Below, piece by piece: positions 29,319 to 39,115 of a stretch of 64,000 nucleotides of DNA. The position numbers were made by a program, and so were the translations under genes. Each line of letters starts with the position of its first letter. Positions within the stretch are counted from its first letter, which is position 1. The stretch spans positions 15,661 to 79,660 of IMG/VR virus record IMGVR_UViG_3300015371_000015; one strand, written 5' to 3'. Origin of the DNA: a virus. Below the pieces are notes generated by a model. The model saw nothing but the letters and a program-made list of their open reading frames with translations, was not told where the DNA came from and ran no database searches.

Positions 29319-32300
29319 GTGGACTTCTACCACATCAGAACCAAGCGAACGAAGGAAGGCCTTTACGTATACCCCGACTTCATTGTTCAGAGCTCGCAAG
29401 ATCTTCTCGTCAAGGGCGGTGGCTTCTACGCCGTCTGGGACGAGGAGAAGGGCCTCTGGTCGCGCAATGAGATGGACGTTGCCCGGATGGTCGACAAGGA
29501 GCTGTATGAGAAGGCGGATGAGCTAGACGCCATTCCCTTGCTTATGAGCAGCTATGAGTCGACCAGCTGGAAGACGTGGAAGCAGTACGTAGGCTCGCTT
29601 GATGACTCAGACGTCGACCTTGACCTGTCTCTCACCTTCGCCGACGCAGTTCCAGATAGAAAGCGCTACGCCTCTCGCAAGCTCCCATATTCCCTGACGG
29701 ACGCACCTTGTCCTGCTTGGGATGAGCTTGTGGGAACTCTGTACAACCCCGAGGAGCGAGAGAAGATCGAGTGGTCCATTGGCTCGATCATTGCTGGTGA
29801 CTCTAAGACGAACCAGAAGTTCCTGGTCTTCTATGGCCAGAGCGGATTCGGTAAGTCGACGATCCTGGGGATTATGGAGAAGCTCTTCGAGGGATACTAC
29901 ATTCCCATCGACATGAAGGCCCTGGGTATGGCGAGCAACTCGTTCGCCATGGCCGGATTCAAGAACAACCCGCTCCTTGCCTTGCAGCATGACGGTGATC
30001 TGAGTCGGATCGAGGACAACACTCGTCTGAACTCCATCGTCAGCCACGAAATGATGGCTATCAACGAGAAGTTCCGCTCTGAGTACTACACCAGGGCTTA
30101 CGCTTTCCTGGCATTGGGCACCAACGAGCCTGTGAAGATCACAGGTTCAAAATCAGGCATCATCCGGCGTCTGATCGACGTTCACCCTTCGGGCATGCTG
30201 CTCCCGAATCGTCACTATCACGCAATGCTCTCGCAAGTCGATTTCGAGCTAGGCGCCATCGCAAATCACTGCCTTGGCGTCTACTACAAGCTCGGAAAGA
30301 ACTACTACTCCGGCTACAAGCCCACGCTGATGATGTATGAGACCGACGTCTTCTACAACTTCGTCGAGCACGCCTACGACCTGTTCTACACACAGGACGG
30401 AGTCACGCTTGATCGAGCATGGCACTTGTACAAGGAGTTCTGCGAAGACTCAAAGATCAAGGTCGGGAGCATTCTGCAGAAGAACCAGTTCCGAGCAGAG
30501 CTTCAGAGCTACTTCGAACGCCTAGACGATAGGGCAACCGTTGATGGACATCGCGTCAGGAACTATTACTCCGGTTTTAAGACTCATCGGTTCATGAAGG
30601 TCGACGACACTAAGGCGATCTCTCTGACCCTCGATGAAACGACCTCGTTGCTGGACGAAGTGCTCAAAGACCAGCTTGCGCAGTATGCAAATGACGAGGG
30701 AACGCCGAAGTTCAAGTGGGAGAACGTCAAGACCCACCTGCATCAGCTTGATACGACGAAGCTTCACTACGTCAAGATGCCTGAGAACCATATTGTCATC
30801 GATTTCGACCTCAAGGACGAGCACGGAGTAAAGTCTAGAGAGCGGAATCTGGAGAAGGCCGCTGAATGGCCGCCCACCTACGCTGAGTACAGCCAGGGTG
30901 GTGCGGGTATCCACCTTCACTACATCTATGACGGACCTCATGACGTCGCCGATCTCAAGCCCTTGCACGAAGAGGGCATCGAGGTCAAGACCCTAGTGGG
31001 TAACGCCTCCCTTCGACGACGCTTTACGAAGGCTAATGGCATCCCCATTTCCACTATTACCAGCGGCCTGGCCGTGAAGGAGAAGCCTATGCACGACCCA
31101 ACGGCTATGGGTAATGAGAAGATCTTGCGCTCTCAGATCATCAAGAACCTGCGCAAGGAAGTTCACCCGTCCACGAAGTCCTCCATCGACTTCATCAAGC
31201 ATCTCTTGGATGAAGCAATCGAGCAGGGATATTCGTTCGACGTGAGCGATCTCTACCCAGACACCCTCGCTTTCGCCATGGATTCAACCAACCAGGCGCG
31301 TTACTGCATGGACCGTGTCAAGGAGATGACGTGGCAGAGCGAAGACATGGACTTGAAGACTCAGTCCGATGATGACCGACTGGCGTTCTACGACGTCGAG
31401 GTGTTCCCCAACCTGTTGGTCATTTGCTGGAAGTTCATCGGAGAAGAGGCCTCCACGGTCAAGATGATCAATCCGACCCCCGACCAGGTGCAGGAATTGC
31501 TGCATCTCAAACTCGTGGGGTTCAACTGCCGTAGGTACGACAACCATATTCTCTACGCGCGGGCAAATGGCTACTCGATTGAGCAGCTGTACGAACTATC
31601 CCAGCGGATCGTCGAGCACAACGACCGGTCTGCCATGTTCGGTGCGGCGTACGACGTCAGCTACACCGATATTTACGACTTCTCCTCGAAGAAGCAGAGC
31701 CTGAAGAAGTTCGAGATCGAGCTTGGGCTCAAGCACTCCGAGCTGGGCTTGCCGTGGAACGAACCGGTGCCCGAAGAGAAGTGGGACCTGGTTGCGGACT
31801 ATTGTGTGGACGATGTCATCGCAACCGAAGCAGTCTTCGAGGCCCGCAGGGCAGACTTCACAGCACGGCAGATCCTTGCTGAGCTCTCCGGTCTCTCTGT
31901 CAACGCCTCGACGCAACAGCACACCGCTCGGATCCTCTTCGGCAAGGAGAAGCGTCCCCAGAGCAAGTTCATCTACACCGACCTGTCGCAGATGTTCCCG
32001 GGCTACAAGTTCGATTTCGGCAAGTCCACCTACCAAGGGGAGGAAGTCGGTGAAGGCGGTTACGTGTACGCTGAGCCGGGTGTGTATACAAACGTTGCAC
32101 TGTTGGATGTGGCGTCAATGCATCCTACAAGTATCGAGCTCCTCGAGCTCTTCGGGCCCTACACCCAGAAGTTCACCGAACTCAAGCAGGCCCGTATCTC
32201 AATCAAGCGAGGCGACTTCGATTCAGCCAAACGGATGCTGGACGGTCGACTCACGCCATATCTCGAGGACGAAGATCAAGCGGAAGCACTGAGCTACGCT

Positions 32301-33044
32301 CTGAAGATCGTCATCAACATTGTCTATGGCCTCACCTCGGCCAAGTTCGAGAACGCGTTCCGCGACCCTCGTAACAAGGACAACATCGTCGCCAAGCGCG
32401 GCGCCCTATTCATGATCGACCTCAAGAAGTTCGTGCAGGAGCGCGGCTTCCAGGTCGTCCACATCAAGACCGACTCGATCAAGATCCCGAACGCAACACA
32501 GGAGATCATCGAGGACGTCATGAAGTTCGGCGAGAAGTACGGCTATGAGTTCGAGCATGAGGCAACTTATGACGAGTTCGTGCTGTTCAACGACGCCGTT
32601 TATATCGCCAAGACTGACGATGGTCTCTGGCACGCTACGGGAGCTCAGTTCCTGCACCCGTATGTCTTCAAGACTCTGCTGAGTGGTGAGGAGATTACTT
32701 TCGATGACCTTGGTGAGACTCGGAACGTCGTCAAGGGTGAGATCTACATCGATAAGGAGGGTGAGCGCCGGTTCATCGGAAGAATTGGTCGCTTCATCCC
32801 CATCACTCCCGGGCATGGCGGTGGAACTCTGCTGCGCGTTGCTGACGTTACCTTCGAGAATGAAGAAGGCCAGCGCGTCACGGAGAAGCGTGCATACGCA
32901 GTCACCGGCACCAAGGGGTATGAGTGGCTCGAAGCAGAGCAGGTCCTGAACCTGGATCTGCAGGAGCACATCGACTACTCCTACTACGACAGCCTGGTCG
33001 AGAAGGCCAAGAACAACCTGCAAGCGGTCGGTTACCCGATCTGA
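29319..33044 (+). CDS. SF3 helicase/primase - family B DNA polymerase fusion
   Basis: Walker A GQSGFGKST; primase-like IDFD and GIHLHY; exonuclease FYDVEVF; PolB motifs DVASMHP, KIVINIVYG, HIKTDS. Confidence 0.9.
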   Translation: MDFYHIRTKRTKEGLYVYPDFIVQSSQDLLVKGGGFYAVWDEEKGLWSRNEMDVARMVDKELYEKADELDAIPLLMSSYESTSWKTWKQYVGSLDDSDVDLDLSLTFADAVPDRKRYASRKLPYSLTDAPCPAWDELVGTLYNPEEREKIEWSIGSIIAGDSKTNQKFLVFYGQSGFGKSTILGIMEKLFEGYYIPIDMKALGMASNSFAMAGFKNNPLLALQHDGDLSRIEDNTRLNSIVSHEMMAINEKFRSEYYTRAYAFLALGTNEPVKITGSKSGIIRRLIDVHPSGMLLPNRHYHAMLSQVDFELGAIANHCLGVYYKLGKNYYSGYKPTLMMYETDVFYNFVEHAYDLFYTQDGVTLDRAWHLYKEFCEDSKIKVGSILQKNQFRAELQSYFERLDDRATVDGHRVRNYYSGFKTHRFMKVDDTKAISLTLDETTSLLDEVLKDQLAQYANDEGTPKFKWENVKTHLHQLDTTKLHYVKMPENHIVIDFDLKDEHGVKSRERNLEKAAEWPPTYAEYSQGGAGIHLHYIYDGPHDVADLKPLHEEGIEVKTLVGNASLRRRFTKANGIPISTITSGLAVKEKPMHDPTAMGNEKILRSQIIKNLRKEVHPSTKSSIDFIKHLLDEAIEQGYSFDVSDLYPDTLAFAMDSTNQARYCMDRVKEMTWQSEDMDLKTQSDDDRLAFYDVEVFPNLLVICWKFIGEEASTVKMINPTPDQVQELLHLKLVGFNCRRYDNHILYARANGYSIEQLYELSQRIVEHNDRSAMFGAAYDVSYTDIYDFSSKKQSLKKFEIELGLKHSELGLPWNEPVPEEKWDLVADYCVDDVIATEAVFEARRADFTARQILAELSGLSVNASTQQHTARILFGKEKRPQSKFIYTDLSQMFPGYKFDFGKSTYQGEEVGEGGYVYAEPGVYTNVALLDVASMHPTSIELLELFGPYTQKFTELKQARISIKRGDFDSAKRMLDGRLTPYLEDEDQAEALSYALKIVINIVYGLTSAKFENAFRDPRNKDNIVAKRGALFMIDLKKFVQERGFQVVHIKTDSIKIPNATQEIIEDVMKFGEKYGYEFEHEATYDEFVLFNDAVYIAKTDDGLWHATGAQFLHPYVFKTLLSGEEITFDDLGETRNVVKGEIYIDKEGERRFIGRIGRFIPITPGHGGGTLLRVADVTFENEEGQRVTEKRAYAVTGTKGYEWLEAEQVLNLDLQEHIDYSYYDSLVEKAKNNLQAVGYPI

Positions 33045-33338
33045 TAGACGTGGAAGGCGGGTCTAGACCCCCCGAGCTGGGCCCGTCTTCCGCCTATATT
33101 TCTACACAAAAGGGGACATAATGTCGTTGGTTTTGACCACAGAAGACAATATCAAGATCCATCTCGAGAAACCGGAGAAGAACTACACCGAAAAGACCAT
33201 GGTACTGACTGTCCCTGGGCCTGTGGTCACGCACCCAGATCGACCCGATGAGAAGAAGCCGGACCTGATTCTGAAGGTCAACCTGTCCCCGGGCGACCTC
33301 GCCCACCTCAAGCACATGCTCAGTTCGTAAGGAGCACC

Positions 33339-34148
33339 ATGGAAGAGAACTATCTTGCGTTGTTGAAGCATATCCGCGACGACGGCGTTGACAAGACCGA
33401 CCGCACCGGCGTAGGGACGCGCAGCATCTTCGGTGCTCAGCTCCGCTTCGACCTGTCCCAAAGCTTTCCGCTCCTGACCACCAAGAAGATCTACACCCGA
33501 GGAGTGCTCGGCGAGCTGTGCTGGCTGATCCGTGGCGAGACCAACATCCGTTGGCTGCAGAACAACAACGTCCATATTTGGGACGAGTGGGCAGACAAGA
33601 ACGGCGACCTCGGGCCCGTCTACGGTGCTCAGTGGCGAGGATGGCGCGGTCACAGGGGCGAAGAGATCGATCAGCTTCAGGAAGCAGCCAACCTCATCCG
33701 TCGGCAGCCCGATTCCAGGCGCATCTGCGTCTCGGCGTGGAATGTCAGCGAACTTGAGGACATGGCGCTCATGCCGTGCCACGCGTTCTTCCAGTTCGAG
33801 GTCCACGACAACAAGCTTTCCTGCCACATGTACCAGCGTAGCGCGGACGTCTTCCTCGGCGTGCCGTTCAACATCGCTTCGTATGCGGCGCTGACTCACT
33901 ACATGGCCTGGAACACCAAGACCGAGTTGGGCGACCTGATCATCTCGTTCGGAGACGTCCATATTTATAACAACCACTTCGACCAGGTGGACCTGCAGCT
34001 CACTCGCCGGCCCCGTCTGTTCCCGCACCTGGAGTACAAGCCAGGCAAGAAGCCCGAATCACCCATTCTGGACAAGCCGGAGATTGAGGACTTCGTCCTG
34101 ACCAACTACTCCCCCTACCCATCTATCAAAGCGGAGGTCGCTGTATGA
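33339..34148 (+). CDS. thyA: Thymidylate synthase
   Basis: DRTGVGT, FPLLTTKK, GPVYGAQWR, MALMPCH, YQRSADVFLGVPFNIASY, HIYNNH. Confidence 0.97.
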   Translation: MEENYLALLKHIRDDGVDKTDRTGVGTRSIFGAQLRFDLSQSFPLLTTKKIYTRGVLGELCWLIRGETNIRWLQNNNVHIWDEWADKNGDLGPVYGAQWRGWRGHRGEEIDQLQEAANLIRRQPDSRRICVSAWNVSELEDMALMPCHAFFQFEVHDNKLSCHMYQRSADVFLGVPFNIASYAALTHYMAWNTKTELGDLIISFGDVHIYNNHFDQVDLQLTRRPRLFPHLEYKPGKKPESPILDKPEIEDFVLTNYSPYPSIKAEVAV

Positions 34149-34552
34149 GCCAAGCCGACCATGTCGAGACGCTCGACACTCCCATGCCGGTATATTTGCC
34201 GGGGCAATCTCGAGACTGGCATCGGTACTCGGGCATCGCCAAGATCAGCAAGACCGGCGACATCGTCATCAAGCTGATGGACAAGCGTGCAGCAGTCGGT
34301 CTGATCGACATGGCGCTTGAGAAGAATCTCCTCGCGGTCTCCTTCGACTACAAGCTGAGCGAAAAGCAGGTCGAGGAGCTGAATCAGAGGTACACCAAGA
34401 AGATCGTGTCCCGAGTGGGAGCACATCCTATCCAGGCTGACGGTAAAGACGTAGGTACGGCCTATTTCTTCACTGACGGCACCATCCAGGTCAAGCTTGA
34501 CGGCAACGACCTGACCTACACCATCGACTCAACCCAGAAGAAGGACGTATGA
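34145..34552 (+). CDS. Hypothetical protein
   Basis: Coupled to thyA by overlap. Confidence 0.65.
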   Translation: MSQADHVETLDTPMPVYLPGQSRDWHRYSGIAKISKTGDIVIKLMDKRAAVGLIDMALEKNLLAVSFDYKLSEKQVEELNQRYTKKIVSRVGAHPIQADGKDVGTAYFFTDGTIQVKLDGNDLTYTIDSTQKKDV

Positions 34553-35016
34553 CACTGCAGCGATTCCGCCACGTACCTAACGAGATCGTGGCTGTTCAGT
34601 ACACCGGCAAGAACGCGGGCGAGATCATCGACATCTTCGGCCTTGGCAAGATCTCTGAGACTGTCAGCGCGGTCGATGACGAGAATGTGCTGGAGTTCGT
34701 CACGGCGCACGGAGACGTCGCTTACGCCCGCTCCGGCGACTGGGTCGTCCCCGACTCCAAGCCGGACACGTTCTACCCCATCTTGGGAGAGGTCTTCGAA
34801 GACACTTATCTCGAGGTGGGCGAGGATGCGCCCAAGGAGACTCTGTCCATGCCGTGGCCGCGCATCGTCACGGGTCAGCCGGTGACCGCAGCCATGCTCA
34901 AGGAGGCTTGGACGGAGTTCATGACGCCTCTGCAGGAGGCTGGTCGTGGCTCGGAGCCGAATGTCCAGGTCATGCTCGCGGTCCTCCGTCACGTCTACGG
35001 CGGAATGCAGGGTTAG
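34549..35016 (+). CDS. Conserved phage protein
   Basis: AVQYTG.N, GDWVV..FYP..VFEDTY pattern. Confidence 0.65.
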   Translation: MTLQRFRHVPNEIVAVQYTGKNAGEIIDIFGLGKISETVSAVDDENVLEFVTAHGDVAYARSGDWVVPDSKPDTFYPILGEVFEDTYLEVGEDAPKETLSMPWPRIVTGQPVTAAMLKEAWTEFMTPLQEAGRGSEPNVQVMLAVLRHVYGGMQG

Positions 35017-35027
35017 GAAGGAGCTAG

Positions 35028-35612
35028 ATGACAGACCTTAGTGATGGCTTCGGTGACGATCTATCGATCGAAGAACGAATCATCGCTAACGAACGGCTGC
35101 TGAAACTCAAGGCAGCTGAGCGAAACAGAATCCCTGAATTCTGGGACGACGTGTTGCAGGAAGGCCGCATCGTCCAATGGCAAGTCATGGAGAAGAGACC
35201 CGAGGCTGCGCCTGCCTATATTTCCGCGTCCATGTCAAATCGGATACAGGAAGTGATCAATAGACAGACGTGGACCGGGTATGAGTCAAGACACGGACGT
35301 CCTACGGATCCCATCCGACGCAAAGACCGAGACTCATTCGATGATCCTGACTTCCACACCGTGGCAAGCGCTGCCGAGACCTTAGACAAGGTCATATTTG
35401 CTTACCACCACGGAGAGATTCTACAAGCTCTCAACTCGCTCACTGAGCGACAGCGAGAGTACGTATATTTGCGATTCTGGCAAGGCCTGACCAATCCAGA
35501 GATCGCTGCACGCTTCGAGATGTCCAGATCGGCTGTCGAGCGTGAATGGAACACCAAGACCAAGCCTGCTCTACTCGAGCAGCTGGAACACTTGCACGAA
35601 CTAGTGGGTTGA
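35028..35612 (+). CDS. Sigma-70 region 4 (ECF sigma-like) protein
   Basis: ALNSLTERQREYVYLRFWQGLTNPEIAARFEMSRSAV. Confidence 0.8.
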   Translation: MTDLSDGFGDDLSIEERIIANERLLKLKAAERNRIPEFWDDVLQEGRIVQWQVMEKRPEAAPAYISASMSNRIQEVINRQTWTGYESRHGRPTDPIRRKDRDSFDDPDFHTVASAAETLDKVIFAYHHGEILQALNSLTERQREYVYLRFWQGLTNPEIAARFEMSRSAVEREWNTKTKPALLEQLEHLHELVG

Positions 35613-35857
35613 GAGGGGGATATATGTGGCGGCGAAACAAGATCAACGCAGAAGAGGTCCAGGCTCTTCTTGATCAACTCGATGTGAAGCTTGCAAACGT
35701 CAAGTCGGCAACGGAGGCGCTCAATCGAGCCGCCATTGCTTCTGGTACGGCGGAAAAGCAGCTGAAGGCGACTATCGAACGTGCTGAAGCGGCGAACGCA
35801 AGGCTGAGGCGTAGTACTCAGGGTCGGTAACAACTATCTATCGAGGAGATCATCTAC

Positions 35858-36397
35858 ATGACAAAGGACGTCGTCAATCGCCCGTTGCGGGGCATCGCAT
35901 ATCACGAGGCTGCGGTGCACTACAACAAGGAGATGGCGAAGGTGGCCCGGGCACTGGCCAAGTCCGAGGATACTCCAGACAAGCAGCTTGCACGTGCTGC
36001 TCGTGATCTGGCGAACTCCGACGAGGTATCGGACAAGGAGGTCAAGCGTTGGTGTAACTCCGTTGCGAAGCAGCACGAAGAGGCTGCTCGTGAACAGGAG
36101 CGAAGTCTGCGAGCCATCGCCAAGCAGCACGACGAGCACGTGGTCGTACACGAGCGAACACTGCGAAAGCTTCGAAAGAAGAAGCAAGAGAAGAAGCCGT
36201 ACAACAAGAACAAGCCGCGCAAGACAACCGCCGGCCCCAAGCCCGGCCCTCCGCCGAATCGGAAGGAGGTGCCGAGTGTGCACGACAAGAACCAGACTCC
36301 TGCTCGGCCCATCCCCCGTGATCCGCGGTTGGGTCGAAACCCTGCTGCCCGAACTGGCGTAGGGACGAACATCGAGAAGCAGGAGGCTTCAGCATGA
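35858..36397 (+). CDS. Hypothetical basic protein
   Basis: RBS GAGGAG; ORF overlapping next start. Confidence 0.6.
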   Translation: MTKDVVNRPLRGIAYHEAAVHYNKEMAKVARALAKSEDTPDKQLARAARDLANSDEVSDKEVKRWCNSVAKQHEEAAREQERSLRAIAKQHDEHVVVHERTLRKLRKKKQEKKPYNKNKPRKTTAGPKPGPPPNRKEVPSVHDKNQTPARPIPRDPRLGRNPAARTGVGTNIEKQEASA

Positions 36398-36882
36398 CCG
36401 AAAGTCCAGATCGCCCCGGGTGGATTCCCAAGCTGGAGATTGCAGACGCCCAGATCAAGTGGGTGTTCTCGCACTTCGACGGACGTGAAGACACGTTCAA
36501 CCAGGAAGGCGACCACAACTTCACTGTCATCATCCCCGAGCGTGAGGCGCTCGAGCTCAAGGAGCAGGGATGGTCGATCCGTGAGGTACCGGGGTACGAA
36601 GAGGGCGACCCGCCGGAGTTCCTCCTCAAGGTCAAGATCTCCTCGCGTTTCTTCGACGAGCTGAAGATCTACCTCATCAAGAACAACCGCAAGTACCGCG
36701 CTGAGAAGCGTGACCTTGCAGACATCAAGCGCTCGACGACCACCAGGATCGATCTGGTCATCAAGCCGTCTCGATGGACCCACGGCAACAACTCGGGCGT
36801 CACCGCCTACGTCGAGGAGCTGTACGCTCACATCGAGCAGTCGCGCTTCGCCGACATGTACGACGACCTGGAGACCATCTGA
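36394..36882 (+). CDS. Single-stranded DNA-binding protein
   Basis: FSHF.G....FN.EG..NF, GVTAYV, acidic C-terminus. Confidence 0.72.
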   Translation: MTESPDRPGWIPKLEIADAQIKWVFSHFDGREDTFNQEGDHNFTVIIPEREALELKEQGWSIREVPGYEEGDPPEFLLKVKISSRFFDELKIYLIKNNRKYRAEKRDLADIKRSTTTRIDLVIKPSRWTHGNNSGVTAYVEELYAHIEQSRFADMYDDLETI

Positions 36883-37152
36883 TGCGACGCAATCAGGGTA
36901 CTCAGGCAAAGGACCGCACGCGCTCCCGTCGCTTTCGAGCCGGTAGCCGTCGGAACAAGAAGCTGAGGAACGTAGGTTCTTTCGGCTCGGACCGGAGGGC
37001 ATAAGCGATATGCTCGTCTGGGTCTATTACTCCAAGGATGGTCATTCTTGGGTATCTCAAACCTCGGAGGAGGAGGCGCAAGTAGCGTCTGAAACTCAAC
37101 CTTCTCACATCTATTTCTTCGCGGAGCTTGACGAGCTACAGGCAGCATAGCC

Positions 37153-37398
37153 GTGGCGCAAGCCTACGCGATTCGGGTTACGCCGAGCAACTTCGGCGCC
37201 ATATCAAGTGAGAACCCCTATTTCAACCTTGAAGAGCTCCATGAGTGGCTAGACGCCCACGGCGACGGATATTTCATCAGAGATGAAGACCACGAGCCGT
37301 TCGATAATGTGTACATGGACATGACAATCTTCGAGGAAATTTATCGGTTTGAGGGCTACCGCCCCGACCAAATGTTCCACCCCATCACATTCAAGTGA
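37153..37398 (+). CDS. Hypothetical protein, apparent paralog of 48437-48700
   Basis: By-eye similarity (AI..T, NL..L, YF, Y.F/Y.Y). Confidence 0.55.
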   Translation: MAQAYAIRVTPSNFGAISSENPYFNLEELHEWLDAHGDGYFIRDEDHEPFDNVYMDMTIFEEIYRFEGYRPDQMFHPITFK

Positions 37399-37410
37399 AC
37401 AGGAGACACC

Positions 37411-37632
37411 ATGAGCGAGGACAACAAGTACGACGAGGTCGAGAAGGCCTCTGCTCCGCCGCAGCCCGAGAACCCCCTGGGTGAGGCCACGGATCCGGCG
37501 GCCACCGTCGGTGACGCGGTCACCAATCCCTCGGCGGTCGAGGACGCTCCGGACCCCGAGCAGGCTGCTGCGCCGGTCGAGGACGCGCCGGACCAGCCCA
37601 CGCCCGAGTCGGGTAGCTCCGACGAGAGCTGA
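37411..37632 (+). CDS. Acidic Pro/Ala-rich disordered protein
   Basis: RBS AGGAG; VEDAPD repeated twice. Confidence 0.6.
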   Translation: MSEDNKYDEVEKASAPPQPENPLGEATDPAATVGDAVTNPSAVEDAPDPEQAAAPVEDAPDQPTPESGSSDES

Positions 37633-37745
37633 CATGTGAGCATGGGGGATCGGGATTAAAAGAACCAAGATTGGGGCCGGTACCCGCCTCAGCGCCCGGT
37701 CCCCCGTGTGCATATTTCAGAACTCGCGCGAAAAACAACTTCTAT

Positions 37746-37843
37746 AATGAGACGTACTGAAGCCAATCAGTTCAAATGTCGTAAGAAGCCAACTACCGAG
37801 CTATCCCTAGCTTAACTGTAGGTTGCGAAGACGACGTCTCATT
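37746..37843 (+). ncRNA. Candidate hairpin sRNA or structured leader
   Basis: aatgagacgt/acgtctcatt terminal stem with internal hairpins; follows motif 37724. Confidence 0.5.
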
Positions 37844-37876
37844 CTTTGTTTCACTCCCACCACCTAAGGAGACAGC

Positions 37877-38134
37877 ATGGCACTTCCCGATGGAACCGGC
37901 CGCGCCGGTCGCATGATGGCCAACATGAGCTCGCTTAACCTCGGGCGACTGATGAAGGCCCTGATCGATCCCGATCGAAAGCTCAGCCCTGCGGAGAAGC
38001 ACCTCGCCGAGTACGTCATGGACGAGATCGTCCCGGGCACTCGCACTGCAGAGCACCCGAACTACAAGCACAAGGGCGACGGCAAGCCCGGGGTGAAGAA
38101 GACCAAGGAGCACTCTGGTCGACGAGCAGCCTGA
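37877..38134 (+). CDS. Hypothetical protein
   Basis: RBS AAGGAG; first gene of the RNA island. Confidence 0.65.
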   Translation: MALPDGTGRAGRMMANMSSLNLGRLMKALIDPDRKLSPAEKHLAEYVMDEIVPGTRTAEHPNYKHKGDGKPGVKKTKEHSGRRAA

Positions 38135-38135
38135 C

Positions 38136-38950
38136 ACTCGACTGAGCGAGTCTAAATAGGCCTTAAGCTCAGAGCGGCCCTCTTCGGAGGGTGTGGACTG
38201 TCTGGCGAGACAGAACTTTCTCAGCGAAACTGATCTGGCATACCGGAATCCGGCGTGCTTGCGGGAGTAGGTGTACAACTGAGGATTGGTTAAACAAAAA
38301 CACGTGGTGGCAAGTTCGAGGCAGCCCTGGAGTTGGCCGCTAAGCAGTCGGGTCTCCAGCCCTCTCGGTCTCTGACTCTTCATAGAGAAGAACCGAGGCA
38401 CTACCACCGCTCGCCCAGCACCTGAGGCGTGCAATAAACGGGGTGGCCCCAGTATCAGGCCATGTCAAAAGGCACCCCACCTTGACGTATGTCATATTTG
38501 TTAGAGACCTAGGAGGTGAGAGCGATGCAAGCCCGAGGGTTGTAATCACCCTCCTACAAGTCAACATAGTCTTGGTCATGGCAAGGACCCCCATTACGAT
38601 GGTAAGGCCCCTCCCATGATCATATTCGCATGGAGGCACTACACTCCGTGCGGCAAACCCGTCCCCTACAAACACCCAAGCTTCCGCATAGACGGTCATG
38701 AACGTAAAAGCGGACTGCTGAACTCTAGTGAGCCCAGACAACCTGCGTAGCGGCTTTATGTGGCGCCATCAGGAATCTGCAAGCCTAGAGCAACTGGAGC
38801 GGCCCATAGTGGCCTGGTTACAAATGCACGAGACAAGCACACCGGTCAGGTTAATGTATCCATATTCGTTGTGAATCACTGGACTAAACTGAACCGCGTA
38901 CATGAGGTGAGCTGCCACCATGGTTGATTCCAAGCGCAGTGAAGTTTAAG
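38136..38950 (+). ncRNA. Candidate large (~800 nt) structured ncRNA, or cluster of ncRNAs
   Basis: No credible + strand ORF; dense hairpins (ccctc-ttcg-gaggg, ctgtc/gacag, gtggtgg/ctaccac, ggggtg/cacccc, taggagg/ctccta, ctctag/ctagag, taaact/agttta). Confidence 0.6.
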
Positions 38951-38955
38951 CATTA

Positions 38956-39086
38956 CCCGTTCGGGTCGAATGCAGTCGGTTAACTTGAGTTATTGGTTCG
39001 AGTCCAATATGCCTTCTTTGAGGGCATTGGCGCAATTGGCAGCGCAAAGTACATAAAACCCGGCAGCACCCTTACATCCGAACGGG
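38956..39086 (+). ncRNA. Y RNA 1 (YrlA-like; permuted T arm, acceptor hairpin, D arm)
   Basis: cccgttcgg/ccgaacggg stem; GGGTCGAA/ACATCC; T loop TTCGAGT; D arm TGGCGCAATTGGCAGCGC; directly upstream of Ro60. Confidence 0.88.
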
Positions 39087-39115
39087 CTTCATCTATCCCA
39101 CGCAGAGGAGAACGC

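Noticed and set aside
38993-39115. N-terminal extension of the Ro60 ORF in the ORF track
   Set aside because: Overlaps Y RNA 1; the ATG at 39116 has a GAGGAG RBS and Ro60 homology begins after it
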